From an uncultured Bifidobacterium sp. (GTDB lineage: Bacteria > Actinomycetota > Acidimicrobiia > Acidimicrobiales > Ilumatobacteraceae), in contig CAYNKE010000002.1 of the NCBI GenBank assembly GCA_964397715.1, forward strand, positions 15,267 to 57,990: 42,724 nt of DNA, read 5' to 3'. Of this stretch, positions 24,824-33,532 are shown piece by piece (position 1 is the first letter of the stretch; each line of letters opens with the position of its first letter). The notes below the pieces were generated by a model. It saw only the letters and a list, made by a program, of their open reading frames with translations, did no database searches and was not told the DNA's origin. The translations under genes were made by a program, and so were the position numbers.

Positions 24824-25582
24824 TCACCGTTGGTGCTTCGGACACCAGAACGTCGTCCGTCCACCCACGGTGGCTCGCCGCAGTTCGGTTCCGTCGCGAG
24901 GGCACCGCGATCCCGGATTTCGAAGGTCGACGCTCAATCGTCCAGCGTGACTCCCGCCCCGTCGGGCGAGTTGCGGAAGCACGGTTCGCATACGCGCGAA
25001 GATCGTGTCGACCGTGCGAGCGTCGAGCCTTCGTCGGCGCGGGTCGACGTCGGCCCGCCACAGGATCTCGTCCACCAGCATGTTGCCGAGCCCGGCGATC
25101 GTCGACTGATCGAGAAGCACTGCTTTGATCGCGCCGCTTCGCTCGGCGACCCGCTCGCGGAACTCGGACTTCGTGATCAGCATCGCATCGGGCCCGAGCC
25201 CCTCACCGTTGCGGGCCGGCTGAACTCGGGCGAAACGCCGCGGATCGCTCACCCACAAGAATCCCTTCCCGAAGGTGAGGCCGAAACGGATCCACTTCGA
25301 GTCATCCGAAGCCGCGTACGAGAGCTCGTCGATCGGCGACCGGCCGTCGACCACGATGCGTCCCGCCATCCCGAAATGCAGATCGATCGCGAATCCGCTG
25401 GCGTGCAGCGTGAGCACCTTTCCGTGTCGGGTCACCGCCGAGATCCGCCGACCTTCGATTCCACGAATGAGACCCGGTTCGTTCACGACCAGAGGATCGA
25501 GGTACGACACACGAGAAACCCGGCGACCCACGACCGCGCGCGCGGCCTCGGCGTACATCTCGACTTCCAGGATCTCGGGCAC
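24824..25582 (-). CDS. Fpg/Nei-family DNA glycosylase / AP lyase
   Basis: Starting at the GTG at 25582 gives the family N-terminus (M)PEILEVE. The H2TH motif is LLDQSTIAGLGNMLVDEILW. The C-terminal finger CPRDG...WCPKHQ has Asp and His where the family usually has the 2nd and 4th Cys. Confidence 0.82.
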   Translation of the reverse strand: MPEILEVEMYAEAARAVVGRRVSRVSYLDPLVVNEPGLIRGIEGRRISAVTRHGKVLTLHASGFAIDLHFGMAGRIVVDGRSPIDELSYAASDDSKWIRFGLTFGKGFLWVSDPRRFARVQPARNGEGLGPDAMLITKSEFRERVAERSGAIKAVLLDQSTIAGLGNMLVDEILWRADVDPRRRRLDARTVDTIFARMRTVLPQLARRGGSHAGRLSVDLRNPGSRCPRDGTELRRATVGGRTTFWCPKHQR

Positions 25583-25664
25583 ATCGACATTGTCGACCGA
25601 TCCACGTCTCGGCGTCGCATCGTCCGCGTCTTCGCATCGACGACCGGCGTGGGACACTATTCAC

Positions 25665-26045
25665 GTGTCCGACACGCTCATCGGAATCCTCGGCATCGCG
25701 GGATGCGTCGCCATGCTCTGGGGTGCTTCGCGGATCGAACCGCATTGGGCGAGCAAGGACGGCCACCGTTTCGTGTGCCGAGTCCAGACGCTCGTCGACC
25801 ACGATCTTCCCGACGGACGGTGGCACGAGATGCGGGCGTTCGTCGACGGATCGAGCCTGGTGCTGGGTTCGCGCTCGCGACGCTCGAAGAGCCTCGCCGG
25901 TTCCTACCGCGTGGTCGGGCGCGCACCCGAGACCCCGTCGGGTCGGGCCATCTTCGTCCTCCAGAGCGAGGCCAAGGTGCTCTTGCGTGTTCCCGCCAAG
26001 AGTCGCGCCGTGGGAGCGGTCGAGGCGATCGTCGCTCCGCGTTGA
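25665..26045 (+). CDS. Hypothetical membrane-anchored protein (N-terminal TM plus small soluble domain)
   Basis: The GTG at 25665 is the first start clear of the divergent fpg/nei gene. The product begins VSDTLIGILGIAGCVAMLWG and continues with a basic beta-rich domain. The resemblance to actinobacterial DUF2550-type proteins is tentative. Confidence 0.45.
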   Translation: MSDTLIGILGIAGCVAMLWGASRIEPHWASKDGHRFVCRVQTLVDHDLPDGRWHEMRAFVDGSSLVLGSRSRRSKSLAGSYRVVGRAPETPSGRAIFVLQSEAKVLLRVPAKSRAVGAVEAIVAPR

Positions 26046-26060
26046 ACGTTGAGCCAGCGG

Positions 26061-27218
26061 TCAGGTCCCGACGGCGTTCAAGAAGTGTGTGAGCGGCGGG
26101 CCCACCTGATCGAGATCGATCAGGAACGAGTCGTGGCCGTGGGGTGAGTCGATTTCGATGTACTCGGCCGGTACTCCCCTCGCGACCAATAGATCGCGAA
26201 TCTGGATCTGCTGGTACGCCGGATAGAGCATGTCGCTATGAATACCGAGCGTGAGCGTCGGTACGTCGATACGCGCCAAGGCTGCTTCGAGTCCACCGCG
26301 GCCGCGGCCGACGTCGTGGAGATCCATCGCCTTGCCGATCACGAGATACGAGTTGGCATCGAAACGACGCACCAACTTGTCGCCGTGATACTCGAGATAG
26401 CGCTCGACCTCGAACTTCTGATCCATCGACCGGAGGGCGTTGTCGGAACCCACGATCTGCCGGCCGAAGCGTTCGGTGAACACGTTGTCGCTGCGAAACG
26501 TCACTTGTGCGACCATGCGAGCGGTGGAGAGGCCCTCGTGCGGACCGTCGCCCGGGTCGGCGGCGTAGTAATCGCCCCCTCGCCATTTGGGATCGGTCAT
26601 GATCGCGCGTCGCCCGATGGAGCCCCACGCGATCTGTTGAGCCGACGCCTGAGCGCACGTTGCGATCGGCACGATCGACGCGACGCGATCGGGATACGTC
26701 GTGGCCCATTCGAGCACCTGCATTCCGCCCATCGAGCCGCCGACGACCGAGTGCCAGCGACGCACTCCGAGGTGATCGGCCAGACGAACCTGAGCCCGCA
26801 CCATGTCGCGAATGGTGACCACTGGGAACCGTGAACCGTACGGCGTGCCGTCCGCGGGGTGGGCCGATGCAGGTCCGGTGGTGCCTTGGCATCCCCCCAG
26901 AACGTTCGAGCACACGACGAACCATTCGTCGGTGTCGATCGCGAGTCCGGGACCGACCGCGGCCTCCCACCACCCCGGTGTCGGATGACCGAGGTCGGCC
27001 GGTCCGGCGACGTGGCTGTCGCCCGTCCAGGCGTGGCACATGAGCACCGCGTTGCTCGCGTCGCTGTTGAGCCGACCCCACGTCTCGTAGGCGATCACCA
27101 CACCATCGAGCACGTGGCCCGAATCGAGAGCGAGTTTGCGATCGAGCGTGAGGAACTGACGATGACCCACGGGATCGGTGGGTCGCCAGGCGCCCGACAC
27201 GGGCAAGCGGTTGTTCAT
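26061..27218 (-). CDS. metX: Homoserine O-acetyltransferase
   Basis: The ATG at 27218 is preceded by AAAGGAG. Family segments are VIAYETWG, NAVLMCHAWTGDSH, VVCSNVLGGCQGTTGP, the nucleophile elbow VVGGSMGGMQ, and SDMLYP...PHGHDSFL. Confidence 0.92.
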   Translation of the reverse strand: MNNRLPVSGAWRPTDPVGHRQFLTLDRKLALDSGHVLDGVVIAYETWGRLNSDASNAVLMCHAWTGDSHVAGPADLGHPTPGWWEAAVGPGLAIDTDEWFVVCSNVLGGCQGTTGPASAHPADGTPYGSRFPVVTIRDMVRAQVRLADHLGVRRWHSVVGGSMGGMQVLEWATTYPDRVASIVPIATCAQASAQQIAWGSIGRRAIMTDPKWRGGDYYAADPGDGPHEGLSTARMVAQVTFRSDNVFTERFGRQIVGSDNALRSMDQKFEVERYLEYHGDKLVRRFDANSYLVIGKAMDLHDVGRGRGGLEAALARIDVPTLTLGIHSDMLYPAYQQIQIRDLLVARGVPAEYIEIDSPHGHDSFLIDLDQVGPPLTHFLNAVGT

Positions 27219-27285
27219 TCGGGCTCCTTTCGTCGACTCGTCGCGAGGTGACCCGTCCAGGGAAGCTTCGTTGCCGGCGAACCGG

Positions 27286-27375
27286 CCACATCCCCACCGC
27301 ACCGGGCGGCAGGAGGCACCTTGGGGCTTCCGCCCAGGTTGCCGGGCCCGATCGCTCGGACCGCTCTGGATGAGT
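27286..27375 (-). promoter_or_regulatory. SAM riboswitch aptamer of the SAM-I clan (SAM-I-like core, simplified P2) in the metX leader
   Basis: Minus-strand sequence: CUCAUCC AGAG C GGUCCGA GCGA UCGGGCC CGGCAACC UGGGC GGAA GCCCCAAGGUGCC UCC UGCCGC CCGGU GCGGUGG GGAUGUG. P1 is CAUCC/GGAUG. P2 is a 7-bp stem with a GNRA loop. P3 is ACCUGGGC/GCCC..AGGU. P4 is CUGCCGC/GCGGUGG. The AGAG, CCCGGCAACC, GGUGCC and UCCUGC strings match the S-box core as I recall it. The aptamer sits about 70 nt upstream of the metX ATG. Confidence 0.65.
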
Positions 27376-27393
27376 CGCTGTCAGATTACCGAC

Positions 27394-28245
27394 TCAGCGG
27401 TACCGCTCCTCGGCGCTTTGGTGTTCGGGGAGTCCGACGAGTCCGGTGAAGTCGTCGAAGCGGCCCGGGCGCACCGACCCGACCGAGCCCGTGCGCGACA
27501 CGACTCCTGCCGCGTCGGTCATCGCGTCGACCGAGGCGAAGAGCAGAGCCACCGGTGACACCAGGAGTCGAAAACCACGTTCGGCCAGATCGGCCGCCGT
27601 GAGGTGGGCGATACCGCCCTTCTCGGCCATGTTGGCCACGAGCGTGACGTCGGGTAACTCGCGAGCGATCTCGTCGAGTTCAGCCTCGGACTCCGGGGCC
27701 TCCACGAACACTGCGTCGACTCCCACGTCACGGGCCCGCTTTCCGCGCTCGATCGCTTCGGCCAGACCGAGCCCGCCGCGGGCATCGGTTCGCGCCGTCA
27801 CGACGAGATCGGTGCGATGGTCCACGGCGGCGCGCAACTTGGCGATCCAGTCGTCGACCGGGACGACTTGCTTGTTCGGCATGTGGCCGCATTTCTTCGG
27901 CCACACTTGATCTTCGAGGAACATCCCGGCCGCACCACTCTCCTCCCACAACTCGACCGTCCGCATCACGTTCATCGCGTTGCCATAGCCGGTGTCGGCG
28001 TCCACGACGACCGACACGTCGGGGATCGCGTGGCAGATGCGTTTTGCTGTGTCGGCCATCTCGGTCTGCGTGAGATGACCGACATCGGGTTCTCCCAGCA
28101 ATGCACCGGACACGGCGAAACCGGATACGAACACCGAGTGGAATCCGGCTCGTCGTGCGACGAGCGCCGAGACCGCATCGAAGACACCGGGCATGATCAC
28201 TGTGTCGCGTCGGGCCAACCGGACGCGCAACGCTTCGGCGGTCAC
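27394..28245 (-). CDS. Isocitrate lyase / PEP mutase superfamily protein (2-methylisocitrate lyase- or carboxyvinyl-carboxyphosphonate phosphorylmutase-like)
   Basis: The GTG at 28245 overlaps the upstream stop (GTGA). Motifs are MPGVFDAVSA, VVVDADTGYGN, the signature PKKCGH and VVTARTDA. Confidence 0.82.
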   Translation of the reverse strand: MTAEALRVRLARRDTVIMPGVFDAVSALVARRAGFHSVFVSGFAVSGALLGEPDVGHLTQTEMADTAKRICHAIPDVSVVVDADTGYGNAMNVMRTVELWEESGAAGMFLEDQVWPKKCGHMPNKQVVPVDDWIAKLRAAVDHRTDLVVTARTDARGGLGLAEAIERGKRARDVGVDAVFVEAPESEAELDEIARELPDVTLVANMAEKGGIAHLTAADLAERGFRLLVSPVALLFASVDAMTDAAGVVSRTGSVGSVRPGRFDDFTGLVGLPEHQSAEERYR

Positions 28246-29870
28246 GCGGTCACGCCGAGCTTCTCGAAGGCCACGCCCTTCAGACGCTTGTAGTCGACCT
28301 TGCCGTTGGGTGCCCGGCCGATGGTGTCGACGATCACGAGGTGCCGCGGCGCCTTGTACGCGGCGAGTGACGACTTGACGTGCGCATTGAGGTCGTCGAG
28401 GGTGGGCGTCGACCCCGGCGTTGCCTCGACGACCGCGCAGATCGTCTCGCCGAAGCGCTGATCGGGAATACCGACCGCGACGGCATCGCGCACCGACGGA
28501 TGGCGCTTCAGCGCCTCTTCCACTTCTTCGGGGAACACCTTCTCGCCACCGGTGTTGATGCACACCGAGCCGCGTCCGAGAAGGTTGATCGTTCCGTCGG
28601 CGAGCACTTCGGCCCAGTCTCCCGGAACGCTCCAGCGCCGCCCTTCGAACGTGCGGAAGGTCTGGGCGGTCTTGGCTTCGTCGCGGTAGTAGCCGAGCGG
28701 AATGAAGCCGCCCACGGCCACCAGACCGCGTTCACCCGAGCCTGGTTCGACGCGCCGACCGTCCTCGGTGAACACGGCGCACGCCGGTCCGAGTTGGAAC
28801 TTCGCGGTCTCGCTCGCGGCCCCGGCCGCACTCACCGACCCACCGAGTCCCACGGCTTCTGACGATCCGAAAGAGTCGAAGAGCACGACCTGCGGAATGT
28901 GCTTGAGCAGGCCCTGCTTGTTCTCCTGGCTCCACATCACACCCGACGACGACATGACCATGAGACTCGACAGATCGTGTCGGCCCGGATGGGCCTCGAG
29001 ATTTTCGAGAATCGGACCAGCGAACGCTTGGCCCACGATGACGAGTGTCTGCACTCTGTTGCGCGTCACTTCGCCGAGAAGTTCGTCCACGTCGAACGAA
29101 CGCGACGGCAACGTGACGATGGAGCCGCCCAGATTCATGGTGATGAGGCTCGAGAACTGGCCGGTGCCGTGCATCAAGGGACACGCCGAGAGCGTCACGA
29201 GCGGAGGCACGCTCTCTCCGATACGGCTGACCAACTGCGCGAGCGACTCGGCTGGAGGAACGCCGACCAAGGCCTGTCCGCCCGCGCCCAAGACGTTGAA
29301 GAGATCGTCCTGGCGCCACATCACACCCTTGGGCATGCCGGTCGTACCGCCGGTGTAGAGAAGGAGGAGGTCGTCGGGGCTGCGCCCCCACGGACCGCGC
29401 ACCGGACCGCTCACCGTTCGGGCCACGACGTCGTCGTAGTCGACGGCCCACGACGGAACCTCGTGCGAGCCGTCGGTGACGCAGTACCAGCGCTTCACCT
29501 TCGGAAGTCGAGAGCGAACCTCGTCGAGCAGCGGGACGAACGTCGCATGGAAGACCACCGCTTCGGCATCGGCGTTGTCGAACAGGTACGTCACTTCTTC
29601 GGGGCCGTACCGGTAGTTGGTGTTGACCGGAGCGAATCCGCCCTTGAACGCCGCCACGTACGTCTCGAGATATTCGGGCCCGTTGTAGAGGTACGCCGCG
29701 ACCTTGCTTTGTTTGGTGAGTCCGGCCGCGATGAAGTCGGCGGCCAGCGCCGCGGTGCGGTCGTCGAACTGCTTCCAGGTGAAGAGCCGGTCGCCCTGGA
29801 TCTGACACGGGGCATTCGGTGTCTTGGCGGCGATCGCCTCGTAGACGTCGGCGAAATTCCAGTCGGTCAT
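28242..29870 (-). CDS. Acyl-CoA synthetase (AMP-forming, FadD-like)
   Basis: 542 aa with the AMP-binding motif LLYTGGTTGMPKGV and C-terminal GEKVFPEEVE and APNGKVDYK. Confidence 0.88.
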   Translation of the reverse strand: MTDWNFADVYEAIAAKTPNAPCQIQGDRLFTWKQFDDRTAALAADFIAAGLTKQSKVAAYLYNGPEYLETYVAAFKGGFAPVNTNYRYGPEEVTYLFDNADAEAVVFHATFVPLLDEVRSRLPKVKRWYCVTDGSHEVPSWAVDYDDVVARTVSGPVRGPWGRSPDDLLLLYTGGTTGMPKGVMWRQDDLFNVLGAGGQALVGVPPAESLAQLVSRIGESVPPLVTLSACPLMHGTGQFSSLITMNLGGSIVTLPSRSFDVDELLGEVTRNRVQTLVIVGQAFAGPILENLEAHPGRHDLSSLMVMSSSGVMWSQENKQGLLKHIPQVVLFDSFGSSEAVGLGGSVSAAGAASETAKFQLGPACAVFTEDGRRVEPGSGERGLVAVGGFIPLGYYRDEAKTAQTFRTFEGRRWSVPGDWAEVLADGTINLLGRGSVCINTGGEKVFPEEVEEALKRHPSVRDAVAVGIPDQRFGETICAVVEATPGSTPTLDDLNAHVKSSLAAYKAPRHLVIVDTIGRAPNGKVDYKRLKGVAFEKLGVTA

Positions 29871-29908
29871 GCGTCCCCCTCCGAACGACGCTTACGGTAA
29901 CCGACGCT

Positions 29909-30295
29909 CTAGGGCCGTCGAAGCCGGACCGGACCCTTGGCGGTGGCGGGGTCGACGACCCGCCCCCCTTGTGTGAAGACGAGGATTCCGCGGGCGTTCA
30001 AGCGCCGGGCCGCGGCGCGAACCGGCTCCATCAGGTCTCGCCAGTCGTCATCGCGTTCGGCCGGTGCGACTTCTGCCCGCGCAACCTCGGACGGACACAG
30101 AGTGCCGCTTCGGCTGGCGAGCATCGTCTCGATTCGCACCTCGAGTCGCCGGTCGAGATCGGTGATGCGGGTGCGTCGGCAGCGATCACTGCAGAACTTG
30201 ACCTCGTCCCAGGTGCGCTCCCACTTCTTGCGCCACTCGAAACGGCGGCCACACGAGGCACAGAACTTGTCGGCGAGCGGCGCGCGATCGACCAC
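29909..30295 (-). CDS. DUF2256 zinc-ribbon fused to a DUF3253 domain
   Basis: [29 protein letters not shown] matches the DUF2256 pattern. TLCPSEVAR...[15 protein letters not shown]...GRVVDP...GPVRLR matches the DUF3253 pattern. The GTG start lies 1 nt after the ACAD stop. Confidence 0.7.
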   Translation of the reverse strand: MVDRAPLADKFCASCGRRFEWRKKWERTWDEVKFCSDRCRRTRITDLDRRLEVRIETMLASRSGTLCPSEVARAEVAPAERDDDWRDLMEPVRAAARRLNARGILVFTQGGRVVDPATAKGPVRLRRP

Positions 30296-30296
30296 G

Positions 30297-31394
30297 TCAG
30301 CGCGGGAGGCCGAGGACTCGTTCGCCGAGGATGTTGCGCATCACGTTCGAGGTGCCACCCATGATCGTGTATCCGGGCGCGTACGCGAGACCCTGGGTGA
30401 TCTGATTCCAGAGCGTGGCTTCCGGGCCGAGGGTGCGACTCACGAACTGCGCCACGTCCCACTCGTGCTCGGTGCAGAAGCACTTGGTGGCGGCCGAGAA
30501 TCCGGCCGGCGCCTGATGGAGCACCTCGCGGATCACCAGGATGCGGCCGATGCGGTACTTCTCCTCGAGCCGGGCGATCTCCTGGCGCACTCGTGGGTCG
30601 GAACGGTCGGCGCGCTCGAGGGCGACTTTGTACAGAGCGTGGTTGGAGACGAGTCGGTCGATTCCGCCTCGTTCGTGCTCCAGTTGGCGCATCGTCTGCT
30701 TGAAGGCGCTTCCCTCCACTCCCACCAAGTTCTCGATCGGCACGCGCACGTCGGTGAAGAACACCTCGCAGAAGTGTCGATTGGTGGTCATGTCCTTGAT
30801 GGGACGAACCTCGATGCCGGGGGTGTCCATCGGGACGATGATCTCGCTGATGCCGGCGTGCGGCGGACCTTCAGTGGTCGTGCGGCAGATCAGATAGCAG
30901 TAGTCGGCGACGGCACCGAAGCTCGTCCAGATCTTCTGGCCGTTGATGACCCACTCGTTGCCGCTACGCACCGCTTGCGTCTTGAGCGACGCGAGATCAG
31001 ATCCCGAGTTGGGCTCGGACATGCCGATGCACCACACGCTCTTGCCCGCGAGGATGTCGGGGAGATACTCGGCCTGCTGATCGGGGCGTCCGTAGGTCAT
31101 GAGAGCCGGACCCATCTGACGATCGGCGAACCACATCGATCCGATGGGAGCGCCGGCGCTGATCAGTTGCTCACCGATGATCAGACGATCGATGGCCGGA
31201 CGACCACCTCCGCCGAATTCCTTCGGCCACGTGAGGCCGATCCAACCGCGGGCACCGAGTTCGGCGGCGAATTCCTTCGACCACCCGTTGATCCACGAGT
31301 CGTTGGCCCGGCCGTACTTTTCGACGGCCTTCGTCGCGACCTCGCGCGCTTCGTCGCGCAGGGCGATCTGGTCGGCGGTCCAGGCGAATTCCAC
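30297..31394 (-). CDS. Acyl-CoA dehydrogenase
   Basis: Motifs are [22 protein letters not shown] and the C-terminal [29 protein letters not shown] prefer the GTG at 31394 (VEFAWTADQ...) over the GTG at 31457, which would leave only 16 nt to the divergent gene. Confidence 0.85.
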   Translation of the reverse strand: MEFAWTADQIALRDEAREVATKAVEKYGRANDSWINGWSKEFAAELGARGWIGLTWPKEFGGGGRPAIDRLIIGEQLISAGAPIGSMWFADRQMGPALMTYGRPDQQAEYLPDILAGKSVWCIGMSEPNSGSDLASLKTQAVRSGNEWVINGQKIWTSFGAVADYCYLICRTTTEGPPHAGISEIIVPMDTPGIEVRPIKDMTTNRHFCEVFFTDVRVPIENLVGVEGSAFKQTMRQLEHERGGIDRLVSNHALYKVALERADRSDPRVRQEIARLEEKYRIGRILVIREVLHQAPAGFSAATKCFCTEHEWDVAQFVSRTLGPEATLWNQITQGLAYAPGYTIMGGTSNVMRNILGERVLGLPR

Positions 31395-31473
31395 GAGGGA
31401 AGTCTCGCCGATCGACGGGGTGTTCCACCAAGACCAGGCCTGTGAACTCGAACGCACATGAAAGACTGGCCAT

Positions 31474-32304
31474 GTGAACGACCAGGAGGCCCGTCTCGCC
31501 GAGCCCTACGTGCTCGAACCGACCGCGGTCGAGCGCTTCCGGGTCGACGGGCACGTGGTCGTGCGCGGCCTGGCTCCACGAGATCTGGTCGAGCACTACA
31601 AGCCGGCCATCGACGATGCGACCATGGCTCTGCGCTGGGACAAGCGCCCGCTCGAGGAACGCGACACCTACGGCCGAGCCTTCATCCAGTCGGCCAACGT
31701 ACATCGCCACGATCCGGCCGTCGCCGAATTCGCGCTGGCCCGGCGGTTCGCGCGGGTGGCCGCCGAGTTGCTGGAGTGCGACGGAGTGCGGCTGTACCAC
31801 GATCAGGCGTTGTACAAGGAGCCCGGCGGAGGCTTCACGCCGTGGCACCAGGATCAGGTCTACTGGCCGCTCGACTCCGACCGCACCGTCACGATGTGGA
31901 TGCCACTCGTCGACATCCCGCGTGAGGTTGGTGGCATGACCTTCGCCAACGGCTCGTGGCGACACGGAAACCTCGGCGAGTTGGTGATCGGCGACGCTTC
32001 GCACGAGTACTTCGACACCGTGGTCGCCGAACGCGGTTTCAGGTTGACGACGCACGGACCGTTCGCGGCCGGTGACGCGACGTTCCATCGCGGCTGGACA
32101 CTGCACTCGGCACCAGCCAACGACAGCGACCTCATGCGGGCCGTCCTCACCGTCATCTACTTCGCCGACGGCACGCGGGTCACACCGGCCGATCACCCGG
32201 CACGCCAATTCGATCTGAAGTTGTGGCTCGGTGGCGGTGAGCCGGGTTCGTTGGCCGACGGACCTGGGAATCCGCTCCTGTGGCACCGGTCCTGGGAACC
32301 CTGA
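31474..32304 (+). CDS. Phytanoyl-CoA dioxygenase (PhyH) family Fe(II)/2-oxoglutarate oxygenase
   Basis: FTPWHQDQVYWP (the HxD facial-triad region), VTMWMPLVD and ATFHRGWTLHSAP (distal His). The start is uncertain: GTG at 31474 or GTG at 31510. Confidence 0.75.
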   Translation: MNDQEARLAEPYVLEPTAVERFRVDGHVVVRGLAPRDLVEHYKPAIDDATMALRWDKRPLEERDTYGRAFIQSANVHRHDPAVAEFALARRFARVAAELLECDGVRLYHDQALYKEPGGGFTPWHQDQVYWPLDSDRTVTMWMPLVDIPREVGGMTFANGSWRHGNLGELVIGDASHEYFDTVVAERGFRLTTHGPFAAGDATFHRGWTLHSAPANDSDLMRAVLTVIYFADGTRVTPADHPARQFDLKLWLGGGEPGSLADGPGNPLLWHRSWEP

Positions 32305-32308
32305 TTCC

Positions 32309-33532
32309 GTGGAGCGTCGCGCGTTTCATCTACTCGCCAAACCGACCGGGGCGACGTGCAATCTCGACTGCTCGTACTGCTTCTTCTTGTCGAAGGACGC
32401 GCTGTATCCCGAACAGAGCCACCGGATGTCGTCGGAGACGCTCGAGCGATACCTGTCGCAATTGCTGGATGCTCAGCCCGACGGCGAGGTGAACGTCGCC
32501 TGGCAGGGCGGCGAGCCGACACTCATGGGTATCGAATTCTTCCGTTCGGCGATCGAGATCGCTGAACGTATGCGACGTCCACGCCAGACCCTCGCACATT
32601 CCGTGCAGACGAACGGCGTTCTGATCGACGAAGCCTGGGCCGGGTTGTTCGCCGAGCATCGCGTGCTCGTGGGGCTCAGCATCGACGGGCCGGCGCGTCT
32701 GCACGACGTCCACCGGGTCGACAAGAAGGGGGCGGGAACACACACCCAGGTGAAGGCGGCCTGGGATCTGCTCCGCTCGCACGGTGTCGACGTGAACGTG
32801 TTGTGCTCGGTGTCGAACGCGAACGCCGACGAGCCGCTCGCCGTGTATCGCTACTTCCGCGACGACTTGGGTGCGGAGTTCGTCCAGTTCATCCCGATCG
32901 TCGAGCGGGCCACACCGCTGACTCTCGACATCGCCGAAAAGGGGTGGAGCGACAAGCCCGGTCGGCGACGCATCCTGTACACGCAGACCGGCACCGTCAC
33001 CACCAGTCGCTCGGTCACCGGCCGCCAGTACGGCGAGTTCCTCACGGCGATCTTCGACGAGTGGGTGAAGCGCGACGTCGGTCGGGTGTTCGTGCAGATG
33101 TTCGATGTCACGCTCGGCGCCCACGTGGGCCAGTACTCGCTTTGCATCCATTCACCCACGTGCGGTGATGCCCTGGCCCTCGAGTTCAACGGCGACCTCT
33201 ACTCGTGCGACCACTTCGTGGAGCCCGATCATCTGCTCGGGAACGTCCATGAGACTCCGTTGCGCACGTTGGTCGACGACGAACGCCAACGGGCATTCGG
33301 AAAGCACAAGCAGTCGTCGCTCCCCCGCCAGTGCCGTGAATGCGACGTGCTGTTCGCGTGTCACGGCGGATGTCCGAAGGATCGCTTCACGACCACCGCC
33401 GACGGCGAGTTCGGCCTCAATCACCTCTGCGAGGGTTACCTGCACTTCTTTCGCCACACGGCTCCGGCGATGACGACGATGGCCGACCTCGTGCGGTCCG
33501 GCCGTTACGCCGACGAGATCATGAACCGCTGA
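32309..33532 (+). CDS. Anaerobic sulfatase-maturating enzyme-type radical SAM / SPASM protein
   Basis: The GTG at 32309 lies 4 nt after the PhyH stop. Motifs are HLLAKPTGATCNLDCSYCFF (CxxxCxxC), WQGGEPTLMG and the SPASM motif CRECDVLFACHGGC (Cx2Cx5Cx3C). Confidence 0.85.
   Translation: MERRAFHLLAKPTGATCNLDCSYCFFLSKDALYPEQSHRMSSETLERYLSQLLDAQPDGEVNVAWQGGEPTLMGIEFFRSAIEIAERMRRPRQTLAHSVQTNGVLIDEAWAGLFAEHRVLVGLSIDGPARLHDVHRVDKKGAGTHTQVKAAWDLLRSHGVDVNVLCSVSNANADEPLAVYRYFRDDLGAEFVQFIPIVERATPLTLDIAEKGWSDKPGRRRILYTQTGTVTTSRSVTGRQYGEFLTAIFDEWVKRDVGRVFVQMFDVTLGAHVGQYSLCIHSPTCGDALALEFNGDLYSCDHFVEPDHLLGNVHETPLRTLVDDERQRAFGKHKQSSLPRQCRECDVLFACHGGCPKDRFTTTADGEFGLNHLCEGYLHFFRHTAPAMTTMADLVRSGRYADEIMNR

Noticed and set aside
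25584-25596. LexA SOS box or RecA-NDp (PafBC) promoter upstream of fpg/nei
   Set aside because: TCGACA-T-TGTCGA has the wrong spacing for the actinobacterial SOS box TCGAAC-N4-GTTCGA. The TTGTCG stretch is not followed by the required GTG-N8-TAnnnT. It is kept only as an unexplained palindrome.
27225-27380. Classifying the metX leader specifically as SAM-IV
   Set aside because: A P4-like hairpin lies between GGUGCC and the 3' strand of P1, and the 5' AGAG junction looks like SAM-I. I remember SAM-IV as lacking that P4. The subclass is left open pending covariance-model scoring.
31441-31480. TGTGAAC direct repeat / imperfect palindrome between the ACAD and PhyH genes as a TetR/KstR-type operator
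   Set aside because: It is only a 7-nt direct repeat with a weak palindrome. It does not match the KstR (TnnAACnnGTTnnA) pattern and no regulator gene is adjacent.
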